DNA of 64,000 bases, from the NCBI GenBank assembly GCA_900546875.1, contig URET01000001.1, positions 226,069 through 290,068 of the forward strand, written 5' to 3'. The translations under genes were made by a program, and so were the position numbers. Source of the stretch: an uncultured Eubacteriales bacterium. GTDB lineage: Bacteria > Bacillota > Clostridia > Christensenellales > CAG-314. How positions within the stretch are numbered: the stretch's first letter is position 1; each line of letters starts with the position of its first letter. Shown in pieces: positions 1 to 9,273 of this stretch. The notes under the pieces were generated by a model that was not told the origin of the DNA, ran no database searches, and saw only the letters and a list, made by a program, of their open reading frames with translations.

Positions 1-3000
1 ATACCGTATTCGACCAAAGACTGAGCCAATCCTGTTATGTCTATTGAATATTCGGTACTTTCTCCCTTACCGACTTCGTCAAATGCTTCGTCATCAAAAA
101 TATATATGGCTGTATAATCAAATATCATGGCACACTGCAGATCGGCATTGTCGGACAGCTTGAAATTCAAATATACCCTGTCCTCTTCCTTTACTACCTC
201 ATAACTCTCTAGAACAGGCTTTTCATTGTCTATCTCAATTTCGTACGTCCATATATTCTGTGAATTGTCACCGTAAACTCCGCATTCCGGCGTAACTTCC
301 ACGGTACACGTAAAGCGCGATCCGGACGGATAAGGTTTGCCGTTTTCGTCACAGCCGTCCCATCCTATACCGTCTACAACGTACAATACACTTCCGGAAT
401 TGGCATAATAGAAACTCTTACTTGCCCCGTCTATTGAATTATTATATACGGTATTCCCGGATTCGTCAGTTATAGTTATGTTTATATAATTTACACTCCT
501 TTTCAACCCGAGTATAAAACTCAGCCGTGCAGTTTCTCCGAGTTTGTTCGAATAATAAATCTTGGAAGCGTCAACTCTGCCGCTGACATTATTAAGTCCG
601 AGATACTGCGCGTTTCCCGAATAAATATCTATCAATAAAGGCGCGCTGCCAAGCATCAACGGCATTTCTTCACTGAATATATCCTGCTCGATCGCAGTCC
701 CCTGCAACCAATTTCCGTAAAATCCCATGTATACCATCGACAGATCCACTGAAGCATTTTCTTCTGCAATAAGCTGAATATACCCTTCAACAAATGTTCC
801 GTTCTCAAACTCACTGTCAAGCAGCTCTTTACCCCTTTCAGTAAGCCTCACCGTAACCGTGAGCTTCGTTTCTCCGCTCGCGGGAACTACGACTTTCCCG
901 TTCGTAAGACCTTCGACCGTAACTGCCGCGTACTCTCCTCCAAGTTCCCGACTCGATAATGTTACATACAATTTGCCTTCGTATTCCTGAGTTTCATCCG
1001 CCAGAACTGTCGTTTTTACGGAATATTTCAGCTCAAGATCCGTCATATTCGTAACATAAAAATCAAAAACATAGTATCCTTCAGTGCTGGCACCGAGTTC
1101 ACACTTGGCATATGTACTGTTTTCGACACGCAAAAATGCAGCGGTCTCTATACAATTTATAACACTGAGCAAACCTGCTCCCTGCGATCTGGGCGAATAG
1201 TATACTCCGTTCGTATTTGTGATAGGATCCGCCGTGCTCATCATAAGGAGTCTTGTAAGTATCGTTTTGTCAGGATCGCTCATTTCCGGATATTTCTCAT
1301 CAAGATACTGCCTGATCACCGCGGCACTCCCCGCTACTTGCGGACTCGCCATACTTGTCCCGCTATAATATGCGTATGAATTGTTCGCAACAGATGAATA
1401 TATATTGCCTCCCGGCGCCGATATCTCAGGCTTCAATCTCAGATCCGAAGTGCAACCGCGCGTACTGAACGAGGATATCTGTCCGCCCCCGGGAAAATCG
1501 GTAATACCTTCACCTACAATCAGTACCTTATTGCTTTGTTCTTTTAGAAACTCTCCGTATTCACGCGATATAAAACCTGACGGGATCATCCTGTTGTCTA
1601 TCTGCATATTGACAAATACATCTTCATAAACATTATCGTACACCAATACAGCTATCGCTCCCGCATTTGCCGCGTTCACGACCTTATCGGTGAACGATAT
1701 CTCTCCGCGCATTACAAGCGCCACTTTCCCGACTACGTTTATTCCGTTATAGTCGCTGACAGCTCCGTAATTCCCTACTGCCACGTACTCAAGCTCCTTT
1801 CCGCTTAAATTCAGCAATTGATCCTTTTTCTCTGTAGCAGTGTCTACATATAAACCGGATTTCCCGTTACTGTCTATTTTTGTAGTGTAAATTTTGTTGT
1901 TTTCTACGCTCGCGACAGCTAAGGAACTCAAATAAGACGCCGGCGTGGCTGTAAGTCCATAATCCGGATTGGCTGCCTCAGGTAAATTATTCCCCGAAAT
2001 ATTGCCAATACCCTGATATGAGTCGTTTCCCATTGCCACACACAGTACCGCACCGCTTTTGTATATCCTGTCATACATTTCCGCCACCGACTCATTTGCC
2101 TGAAGCAATCCCGCAGACAGTCCGAGTGACATATTGATTGAATCTGCTCCGAGTTTCAATGCGTCGTCAAGTGCCGCTATAACGTCATCGGTATACGAAT
2201 AACCGTCATCACTGAATACCTTCATTATCGCAAGCTGTGCGTCATACGCCACACCGGTTATTTTCCCCGCGTTAGCTCCTACTATCCCGGCTACATGCAT
2301 CCCGTGCTCGGATGTACCGATCACATTATTGTCATTATCGGCATAATCGTAAGCATACGGTATCTTTTGCGATTTATATACATTTTCAGATGTCGTCATG
2401 GAACTCATCTGTACCGATGTTATCAGCTGCTTTATTTCCTCTTTCGTATATAACGGATTCGGCACTTCCCCCTGAAACGCTTCATGTGATACATCTATTC
2501 CGGAATCCAATATGGCAACTAAAGTTCCTTCTCCAGTATATCCCAGCTCGTACGCCTCTCCTGTCCCTATCATACTTCCGCTTGAATACATCAAAATATC
2601 GGCTTCTGACTCTTGCAAAGTTTCCTGAGCCTCCATCTTTACTACCTGATGCGTCAAATAAGCTCTTTTTACACCTTCAAGCTGCCTTAACGTAAACATG
2701 TTACCGACAGTCGTCGTCAATGAGAACCCGTATAATGCGGTAGTATAATCGTATCCGAAATCAAGACCGTTTTTCCCTATCAGCCTAACAGCCTCGTACT
2801 TCACTCGCTCTATTTCATCTTCCATATCCTCTACGGTCTTTTTTCCTTCTTCCGAAGTCAGAAATCCGTTTATACTGCCGTATTTCTCAATTTTTTCAGC
2901 TTGTTCCGCTATCGGCAGTCCCTCAAGTTCCACCACCATCTCCGCAGTAAGATCATATGCAATACCATACTCCTCCATGAAAGACAGATCTTCATCCGTA

Positions 3001-3119
3001 ACTTCATAAAGTATCCTTCCGTCATAATATCGCGCGTCTGCAGAATCTATATGTGGCACAGCTGCAATAACTACGGCTACAAGTAAAACTACTATTATCA
3101 AAAAACTTTTAATTTTCAT
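1..3119 (-). CDS. Subtilisin-like (S8) serine protease with PA-domain insert (lactocepin/C5a-peptidase-like); C-terminus runs off the left window edge
   Basis: Absent from ORF track because it is open at the left edge. Hand translation from ATG 3117-3119 (GGAGA RBS upstream) gives signal peptide MKIKSFLIIVVLLVAVVIAAV. Asp motif GYTGEGTLVAILDSGID (D codon 2505-2507), His motif SEHGMHVAGIV (H codon 2304-2306) and Ser motif YSGTSMASPQVAG (S codon 1353-1355) are all in frame with 3119. PA-like insert GKVALVMRGEISFTDKVVNAANAGAIAVLVYDN. Confidence 0.85.
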   Translation of the reverse strand, partial: MKIKSFLIIVVLLVAVVIAAVPHIDSADARYYDGRILYEVTDEDLSFMEEYGIAYDLTAEMVVELEGLPIAEQAEKIEKYGSINGFLTSEEGKKTVEDMEDEIERVKYEAVRLIGKNGLDFGYDYTTALYGFSLTTTVGNMFTLRQLEGVKRAYLTHQVVKMEAQETLQESEADILMYSSGSMIGTGEAYELGYTGEGTLVAILDSGIDVSHEAFQGEVPNPLYTKEEIKQLITSVQMSSMTTSENVYKSQKIPYAYDYADNDNNVIGTSEHGMHVAGIVGANAGKITGVAYDAQLAIMKVFSDDGYSYTDDVIAALDDALKLGADSINMSLGLSAGLLQANESVAEMYDRIYKSGAVLCVAMGNDSYQGIGNISGNNLPEAANPDYGLTATPASYLSSLAVASVENNKIYTTKIDSNGKSGLYVDTATEKKDQLLNLSGKELEYVAVGNYGAVSDYNGINVVGKVALVMRGEISFTDKVVNAANAGAIAVLVYDNVYEDVFVNMQIDNRMIPSGFISREYGEFLKEQSNKVLIVGEGITDFPGGGQISSFSTRGCTSDLRLKPEISAPGGNIYSSVANNSYAYYSGTSMASPQVAGSAAVIRQYLDEKYPEMSDPDKTILTRLLMMSTADPITNTNGVYYSPRSQGAGLLSVINCIETAAFLRVENSTYAKCELGASTEGYYVFDFYVTNMTDLELKYSVKTTVLADETQEYEGKLYVTLSSRELGGEYAAVTVEGLTNGKVVVPASGETKLTVTVRLTERGKELLDSEFENGTFVEGYIQLIAEENASVDLSMVYMGFYGNWLQGTAIEQDIFSEEMPLMLGSAPLLIDIYSGNAQYLGLNNVSGRVDASKIYYSNKLGETARLSFILGLKRSVNYINITITDESGNTVYNNSIDGASKSFYYANSGSVLYVVDGIGWDGCDENGKPYPSGSRFTCTVEVTPECGVYGDNSQNIWTYEIEIDNEKPVLESYEVVKEEDRVYLNFKLSDNADLQCAMIFDYTAIYIFDDEAFDEVGKGESTEYSIDITGLAQSLVEYG

Positions 3120-3173
3120 CTCGATTCTCCGTAAGTAATAGATGTTTTGTCTTTTTGTCTTCTCATCGAGTAT

Positions 3174-3203
3174 ACATAAGGAGCGGTTTCCCGCTCCTTA
3201 TGT
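3174..3203 (-). terminator. 13-bp perfect stem-loop between LRR gene stop and protease start (possible terminator or processing hairpin)
   Basis: acataaggagcgg-tttc-ccgctccttatgt. No clear U-tract follows on the minus strand, so the function is uncertain. Confidence 0.4.
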
Positions 3204-3221
3204 ATATATAAATTTCGTTTA

Positions 3222-6200
3222 TCAGTTTTCCTTTTTCCTGAGTATCAGCATGCAACACGCACCTGACAATATCACACAGAATATCACTGCAAATATTGTG
3301 ATTTCACCGTCTACAGCACCGAAACAGCCTGTACTCTGATTGTTAAGTTGCGATTGCAAATCTTCTATAGTGGACTGCAACTGAGCAATAACTGCATTCA
3401 AATCAGTATTCTCCTTTTCCGCTGATTCAAGTTCAGCCTTTGCCGCTTCAAGAAGCCCTTTTATTCTTTCTATTTCCGCTTTGAGCTCTTCCTTTTCAAT
3501 ATTTCCCGAAGCTATCAGTTCATTTGCAGCTTCAAGTTCACTGTATAATTTTTCAAGCTCCGTCATTTCTGTCGTTATACTTGCGGAAGAACTCTTCTCG
3601 ATACCGTACCCCGTGATCGCAGGAATAGCTCTGATTTCCACGTTATACTCCTTTCCGACTTCCGCACCCTCTATTACATATTCGTTTCCGCTTATCTCGT
3701 CGACCTTTACGCCGTTAACGTATATCTCATATTCGGACGCATAGAATACATCGTTCCATGCAACGAATATATTATGATCTTCATTCTCGTTAAGCGTAAT
3801 CTCTATCTCGGGAAGATTTTCGTTGCTGAATACTTTAACCTCATCAAAATACTGTGCCCAATCTGCAAAAACTTCAACATCCTTCACATAAAGCACCGCT
3901 TTTTCGGAAATGAAATTAAAGTGATCAACGACAGGATTCCAAAAACTCGTAACAAGTGTGGGCAATGTTTCGGAAAGTACTACAAGGTGTTCTATTCCGC
4001 TTCCGCTGAACGCCGAAGCTTCAATAGTAACAAGATTCTCGGGTAAAATTAAGTATTTGAGAGAAGTACATCCATAAAATGCACTCGCCTCGACTTTAGT
4101 CACACTGTCAGGTATGTATACGTATTCCAACGACACGCAACCTTCAAAAATAAACTGAGGTACGGAAAATAATCCTTCGTTAAATCTGAATTCCTTCAGT
4201 GAAGTACACCCGGAAAAACCGGAGTAAAAAGAAGAAAGATTTGCTTCAGGATTTATTTCAATTTTCTCAAGAGAAACACACCCGTAAAATACCGCCATGT
4301 CATAACCGGTAACATATTCAAGGTTTACTTCTTTAAGATTCTTACAATCCGCAAAACAGTTCCAAGGAAGATAAGTTATGCTTTCAGGCAGTACTACGCT
4401 TTCAATTGCTGAATTCCTGAAACAGCTGGACGGAAGCGATGTGATACTCGACGGTATCTCCACATGCTTGATCCTGGATTCCTCAAATGCACTGTCAGGA
4501 AGCGAGGTCACTGTGTCAGGCAACACGAGTGTATCGATCTCAAGCGCCTTCGGGAAGAAAACCATCTGTGTAACATCCTTGTTATACAAAATGCCGTCCA
4601 CAACGGTATAATATTCGTTATCCGGATCTACCGTTATAATAGCAATATTATTACATGAACTGAACGCGTAAGAATCAATATACTTGAGCGACTTGGGGAA
4701 ATGTACTTCGGTAAGAGCCGTAAGATATGAGAAAGTATAGCCCTGAATGTTCTCAACTCCTTCCGGAATGATGATCTCTATCAATGAGCTACATCCGTAT
4801 ACACTGGCAGAAGGCAATGTATTCATGGAAGCCGAATACCTTACGGAAATAAGATTTTCACACATCTGCAAAATACCGTTTCCGATATTCACAACCGTAT
4901 CCGGAATATATAACGATGTCAGCCCGGAAGCAGAAAATGCCCACATGCCGAGACTCGATACATTTTTAAGATCTATCTGCGTAAGATTCTTACAATCTTC
5001 AAACGCATAATCACCTATCGAAACGATATTGTCGGGCAATTCTATGAATTTTATACCGCTTCCGAAAAACGCTCTCGTCGGTATCGATATGATGCCTGTA
5101 TCATATAAATCCACCGTTACAAGATTCTTACAATTGTAAAACACATTATCACCTAAACTCTTTACGCTTGAAGGAAGCTCTATAACACATATATAATTGT
5201 TTCCGTAAAACGCACTGCTTGAAATAACCTCGGTTCCTTCGTTTACGGTGTATGTATAATTTTTAAGACCGGAAGGATAAAGCATAAGAGTTTTTCCTTC
5301 GTCTACATAGAGTACCCCGTTATCACTTATCATCGTCGGGTTCTCAGGATCGACATAAATATATTCCAATCCGGTACAGCCCGTAATAAAATCAGCGGGA
5401 AGAGTTGTCAAAAATGCAGGTATCGTGATAGTTTTCAGTGAGGAACAGTTTTTAAACACCGCTCCGTATATATTCTCGAGTGTATCAGGCAACGTGATTA
5501 CCTCGGCTCCCGAACAATCCTGGAATACTCCGTCATAAAGTATTTCCGTTCCTAACACCTTAACTCCTTCAGGTACTATGAATTCCTTTACCTTCGACAT
5601 ACCGATAAAAGCTCCGCCGCCTATCTTTTCCAACGTCGAGGGAAGATTGATATTCTGCACAGATCCGCAATAATTAAAAGCATAAGGCGCTATTTCCGTC
5701 AAACCGTCGTTTAAAACCACGTCCGTAAGATTGAAACAGTATTGGATAGCTCTCTCCATTATGATCTTCGTATCCGGATGAGTCGTAAGAGTAGTCGCAT
5801 TGTTCATGGAAGGATATATTATAAGCCTTGAATGATCCTTACTGTACAACGCATTATTGTAAACATCATAGTACTCATTGCCTTCTTCAACTGTTATGCT
5901 TGCAAGCCCAGAAAGATTGAAGAAACAATGATTATTAAAAATATAACTTCCGGTTTCATCGGTATACTCTACCCAATCCCTTATGTCTCTAACCGTTGAA
6001 GGAAGATGAACGCTGGTCAACATAGTCTGTGAAAAAGCATTTTCACCTATTACTTCAAGACCTTCGTTCAACGTCACACCGGTCAGGCTCCAGCAACTGT
6101 TAAACGCATATGAACCTATAGTTTTTACAGTCGACGGTATCTCTACGCTCTGAAGACTGGATGATTCAAATGCATTATTGGGTATCTCCAAAAGCCCTTC

Positions 6201-6791
6201 GGGCAAATCTATGCTTTTTATCCCGGTTGAAGAAAAAACATAGCTTCCAAGCACAGATACCGTGGACGCCAACTGTATTTCGTTCAAAGAATGACACTCT
6301 CTGAAACAGTTATTGCCAAGCGACTCTACACCGTCATCCATAGTTACCTTGCTTAAATTGAAAATACTTCCGAATGCAGATTCACCTATAGTTCTGACAC
6401 TCGACGGAATATGCAATGTATTTAACGCCGAGCCCATAAATGCACCATGCTCTATTGTCACTGTTTTGTTCAGATCTATGGAATTGAGCGACATACAGCT
6501 GCTGAACGCGTATTCGCCTATTACAGTACAACTGTCAGGCAATTTAACTCGTTGTATGTTCATGTTTCCATAAAAAGCTTCAGCGCCTATCTTCACAACG
6601 CCTTCAGGCACCGTAACATCTGCTGCTGTTCCGTTATACTTGACTAGTACGTTGTTTTCATCGATTTCAAATTCTTCCGTTTCATCGGCGTGCACCGTCA
6701 AAACAGAACCCGATGCAAAGAAACCCGTACATAATACAAAAGCAATTGCAAAACATACAATCAACACCGCTATGCCTTTCTTCTTTTTCAT
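3222..6791 (-). CDS. Large surface protein: signal peptide, many BspA-type leucine-rich repeats (LRR_5-like), Fn3-like domain, coiled coil, C-terminal TM anchor
   Basis: 1189-aa ORF with ATG 6789-6791 and GGAGGA RBS. N-term MKKKKGIAVLIVCFAIAFVL. Reiterated pattern ...IP.SV..IG..AF..C..L..I.LP..L..I over about 900 aa. FVAWNDVFYASEYEIYVNGVKV is Fn3-like. ELEKLYSELEAANEL...LQSTIEDLQSQL is a heptad-rich coiled coil. Hydrophobic tail ITIFAVIFCVILSGACCMLILRKKEN. No LPXTG. Confidence 0.8.
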   Translation of the reverse strand: MKKKKGIAVLIVCFAIAFVLCTGFFASGSVLTVHADETEEFEIDENNVLVKYNGTAADVTVPEGVVKIGAEAFYGNMNIQRVKLPDSCTVIGEYAFSSCMSLNSIDLNKTVTIEHGAFMGSALNTLHIPSSVRTIGESAFGSIFNLSKVTMDDGVESLGNNCFRECHSLNEIQLASTVSVLGSYVFSSTGIKSIDLPEGLLEIPNNAFESSSLQSVEIPSTVKTIGSYAFNSCWSLTGVTLNEGLEVIGENAFSQTMLTSVHLPSTVRDIRDWVEYTDETGSYIFNNHCFFNLSGLASITVEEGNEYYDVYNNALYSKDHSRLIIYPSMNNATTLTTHPDTKIIMERAIQYCFNLTDVVLNDGLTEIAPYAFNYCGSVQNINLPSTLEKIGGGAFIGMSKVKEFIVPEGVKVLGTEILYDGVFQDCSGAEVITLPDTLENIYGAVFKNCSSLKTITIPAFLTTLPADFITGCTGLEYIYVDPENPTMISDNGVLYVDEGKTLMLYPSGLKNYTYTVNEGTEVISSSAFYGNNYICVIELPSSVKSLGDNVFYNCKNLVTVDLYDTGIISIPTRAFFGSGIKFIELPDNIVSIGDYAFEDCKNLTQIDLKNVSSLGMWAFSASGLTSLYIPDTVVNIGNGILQMCENLISVRYSASMNTLPSASVYGCSSLIEIIIPEGVENIQGYTFSYLTALTEVHFPKSLKYIDSYAFSSCNNIAIITVDPDNEYYTVVDGILYNKDVTQMVFFPKALEIDTLVLPDTVTSLPDSAFEESRIKHVEIPSSITSLPSSCFRNSAIESVVLPESITYLPWNCFADCKNLKEVNLEYVTGYDMAVFYGCVSLEKIEINPEANLSSFYSGFSGCTSLKEFRFNEGLFSVPQFIFEGCVSLEYVYIPDSVTKVEASAFYGCTSLKYLILPENLVTIEASAFSGSGIEHLVVLSETLPTLVTSFWNPVVDHFNFISEKAVLYVKDVEVFADWAQYFDEVKVFSNENLPEIEITLNENEDHNIFVAWNDVFYASEYEIYVNGVKVDEISGNEYVIEGAEVGKEYNVEIRAIPAITGYGIEKSSSASITTEMTELEKLYSELEAANELIASGNIEKEELKAEIERIKGLLEAAKAELESAEKENTDLNAVIAQLQSTIEDLQSQLNNQSTGCFGAVDGEITIFAVIFCVILSGACCMLILRKKEN

Positions 6792-6878
6792 CTTTCATCC
6801 TCCATTTTTATTCTTTTATACGCATCAGCTTCTATCCTTTTATCAGCTCTGATACGTTAATTTCTCATTCTCGGCTCT

Positions 6879-7433
6879 TTATTGCCCCTGCTCGTCACCG
6901 TACTCCTTCTTCAGCCTGTTTACTACCGCCTTTGCCGAAGATATATCATTTACATGCCGGCCCTTTTCTTTCATCATTTTCAAAGGCCCTATGTCATCGC
7001 TCTTCTCAAATATCTCGTTGATCTTCACAATACATTCGGCGATCTCCACAAGATCCTTCTCGCTTAAATTATAACATACACACGGCAATAAACCCGCTCC
7101 TTCACTGTGACATCTGTTTATATTCTCAATACACTCATCCGTAAGACTTACAAATGTCACCCGCCTGTCTTTACTGCAGCTCCTCCTCTTTATTAAATTC
7201 AACGACTCCAATTTATTGAGCAGCTTAGTCGCCGTGCTCTCTTTGATACCGAGTATCTCGGCAAGCTCGGTAACTTTGCATTCCCCCACACAATTCAATA
7301 CTATGATCGCATAATACTGCACTCCTATCAATCCCGGATAATAGTCAGGTATATGCTCCCATATAAAACGCTGAACATATATCGTATTGAACGTGTGGTT
7401 TCTGATAAATATCTCTGTCAATTCTTTATCCAT
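6879..7433 (-). CDS. MarR-family transcriptional regulator
   Basis: Winged-HTH pattern KVTELAEILGIKESTATKLLNKLESLNLIKRRSCSKDRRVTFVSLT. The ORF-track start at 7445 is a TTG; ATG at 7431-7433 with GGAG 6 nt upstream is the better start. Confidence 0.8.
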   Translation of the reverse strand: MDKELTEIFIRNHTFNTIYVQRFIWEHIPDYYPGLIGVQYYAIIVLNCVGECKVTELAEILGIKESTATKLLNKLESLNLIKRRSCSKDRRVTFVSLTDECIENINRCHSEGAGLLPCVCYNLSEKDLVEIAECIVKINEIFEKSDDIGPLKMMKEKGRHVNDISSAKAVVNRLKKEYGDEQGQ

Positions 7434-7479
7434 CTGCAGCTCCAAAGTTTCGTCCGGCTTTCGCTTAATAATTACCTAA

Positions 7480-7508
7480 AGTATAATACCTGAAAAAACA
7501 TATGTCAA
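7480..7508 (-). promoter_or_regulatory. Sigma-A-type promoter for the MarR gene (and possibly the LRR and protease genes)
   Basis: Minus strand reads TTGACA (7503-7508), 17-nt spacer, TATACT (7480-7485), about 45 nt upstream of the ATG. Confidence 0.55.
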
Positions 7509-7531
7509 CTATTTTCGGATAAATTAATTGA

Positions 7532-7545
7532 AATATTTAAATATT
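7532..7545. promoter_or_regulatory. Perfect 14-bp palindrome AATATTTAAATATT just upstream of the MarR promoter (candidate operator)
   Basis: The sequence is self-complementary. A second palindrome ATTTAA-ttg-TTAAAT lies at 7590-7604. MarR proteins typically bind AT-rich palindromes near their own promoter. Confidence 0.3.
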
Positions 7546-7664
7546 AAAATATTCAAGTATTTTTTTGCAAATTTTACTTGTGTAAAATTATTTAATTGTT
7601 AAATAAAAGGAATATTATACCTTATTTATATATAATTATAAAATAATCATCATGTTTGTTCTGC

Positions 7665-7700
7665 GCAAAAATTAAAAGCTCCGGAATTCCCCGAAGCTTT
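7665..7700 (-). terminator. Rho-independent terminator after the HAD hydrolase gene
   Basis: Minus strand: AAAGCTTCGG-ggaatt-CCGGAGCTTT (10 bp, one G-U) followed by TAATTTTTG. It starts about 10 nt after stop codon 7710. Confidence 0.7.
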
Positions 7701-7709
7701 ATGCTGTCT

Positions 7710-8486
7710 TCAACAGTTCAATATATCCCCTACGCCATTAAGTATATATTTCGGCCGGTACGGAAACAGCTCTGTTTCTTCCCTTGTGGTAACTCCGCTC
7801 AGGACCAGTACGGTATCGATTTCAGATTCTATTCCCGCAATGATATCCGTATCCATCCTGTCCCCCACTATACACGCTTCGTTATTTGCCACGCCGAGCT
7901 TACCGAGCCCTATACGCATCATCAGCGGGTTGGGTTTGCCGAGAAAATAAGCTCTTTTGCCTGACGCCATCTCAATCGGTGATATCAGAGCGCGTGTCGC
8001 CGGTACGATACCTGCTTCGGTAGGACCTGTGATATCCGGGTTTGTGCCGATCAATTTAGCGCCTTTTCGCACAAGTAAAGTCGCGCGTTCTATCATTTCG
8101 TAGTTTAAGCTCCTGCTCTCTCCCACCACAACATAGTCCGGGTTGACATTGTTCATAGTGAATCCGGCGTCATATAATGCATTTGAAAGTCCCGGTTCCC
8201 CTATTACGTATACCGAACCGCCCGGACACTGAGATTTCAGAAAATCAGCAGTTGCCAGAGCGCTCGTATAAAAATGATCTTCTCCCACGTCGAGTCCCAT
8301 TCGAGACAGCTTTTGTTTTAATTCACGAGGTGATCTCTCACTGGAATTGGTAAGAAAAATAAACTCCTTTTTCTCCTTTATAAGCCAATCGTAAAATTCA
8401 GTGACTCCTTCAAGCAAAATATTGCCGTGATATATCACGCCGTCCATATCGCAGATAAAGCCTCTTTTGTTTCTCAGTTCAGACAT
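7710..8486 (-). CDS. HAD-IIA family hydrolase (NagD/sugar-phosphatase-like)
   Basis: Motifs FICDMDGVIYHG (DxDG nucleophile), FLTNSS, GKPNP, VGDRMDTDI. The ORF-track N-terminal 23 aa overlap the upstream gene. ATG 8484-8486 with GGAGA RBS is the likely start. Confidence 0.85.
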   Translation of the reverse strand: MSELRNKRGFICDMDGVIYHGNILLEGVTEFYDWLIKEKKEFIFLTNSSERSPRELKQKLSRMGLDVGEDHFYTSALATADFLKSQCPGGSVYVIGEPGLSNALYDAGFTMNNVNPDYVVVGESRSLNYEMIERATLLVRKGAKLIGTNPDITGPTEAGIVPATRALISPIEMASGKRAYFLGKPNPLMMRIGLGKLGVANNEACIVGDRMDTDIIAGIESEIDTVLVLSGVTTREETELFPYRPKYILNGVGDILNC

Positions 8487-8499
8487 ATCATTTCTCCGT

Positions 8500-9273
8500 T
8501 TATCTGCAGCAGCACGCCTCAGAACAGTTGCAGCACAAATTCGCCAGACACACATCTCCGCAGCATGAGCCCGTACATGTTCCGTTATTCATCGGCGCGT
8601 CGTTATAAGCTGCATGTGTGCCGTTGTTATCCGAATACATCTGTGACGGATCTGTATTTTTGCTTGCCATTATTTTTTCAAGCTTATCGTGAGCTTTTTT
8701 GTATTTACTGTTGCCCGGATCCATATCCATTGCCAGTTCAAGCTGCTTTTTAGACTCAAGATACCAATATTTTTTATAATATATTATTGATTGCCAATAG
8801 TGCCACTCCGCCGGCCTTTGAGACATCTCGTCAAGGATACGCTGTGCTTTTTCAATATCCTGAGGTGTATTCTTTCTGAGCAGTTCTTCGACTGACTTGA
8901 ATTTCGCCTCATTATCCTCATCGTTTCCCGAAAAATTCTTATTGCCGCCGGAACCTTGATCCGAAAATCGTTTATTTCCTTCATCGGAAAAATTTTCGTC
9001 CACTCCGACTATCTCGCCGACAATCGGTTCTTCTGAAGCCTTGGTTTCGCCGGGTTCATTTTTCGCATACCTTGCGGTATTCATGTGGTCAAGCACATAA
9101 CGATATGCTTCGTCGATCTCCTCGATCTTTTTTACGACATCTTCGTTTGTACTCTTACCTGAAAAACGCGCCTCGTTATTTTCTGCGCGTTTTTTCATAT
9201 AAGCAGTCTGCACATCTGCTATCGAAGCATTTTCGTCAATGCCTAATAATTCATAAGCCTTTTTCTTTTCCAT
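8500..9273 (-). CDS. J-domain-like protein lacking HPD, with acidic/Gly-rich linker, TPR-like segment and C-terminal cysteine string
   Basis: N-term KAYELLGIDENASIADVQTAYMKKRA...IEEIDEAYRYVL resembles J-domain helices I-III, but no HPD tripeptide is present. C-term GTCTGSCCGDVCLANLCCNCSEACCCR has 10 Cys in the last 25 residues. The ATG overlaps the upstream stop (TAATG). Confidence 0.6.
   Translation of the reverse strand: MEKKKAYELLGIDENASIADVQTAYMKKRAENNEARFSGKSTNEDVVKKIEEIDEAYRYVLDHMNTARYAKNEPGETKASEEPIVGEIVGVDENFSDEGNKRFSDQGSGGNKNFSGNDEDNEAKFKSVEELLRKNTPQDIEKAQRILDEMSQRPAEWHYWQSIIYYKKYWYLESKKQLELAMDMDPGNSKYKKAHDKLEKIMASKNTDPSQMYSDNNGTHAAYNDAPMNNGTCTGSCCGDVCLANLCCNCSEACCCR

Noticed and set aside
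8487-8555. N-terminal extension of the HAD hydrolase ORF (MCVWRICAATVLRRAAADKRRND).
   Set aside because: It overlaps the Cys-rich tail of the upstream gene in another frame and has no RBS. The internal ATG 8486 has GGAGA and aligns with the DxDG start of HAD-IIA proteins.
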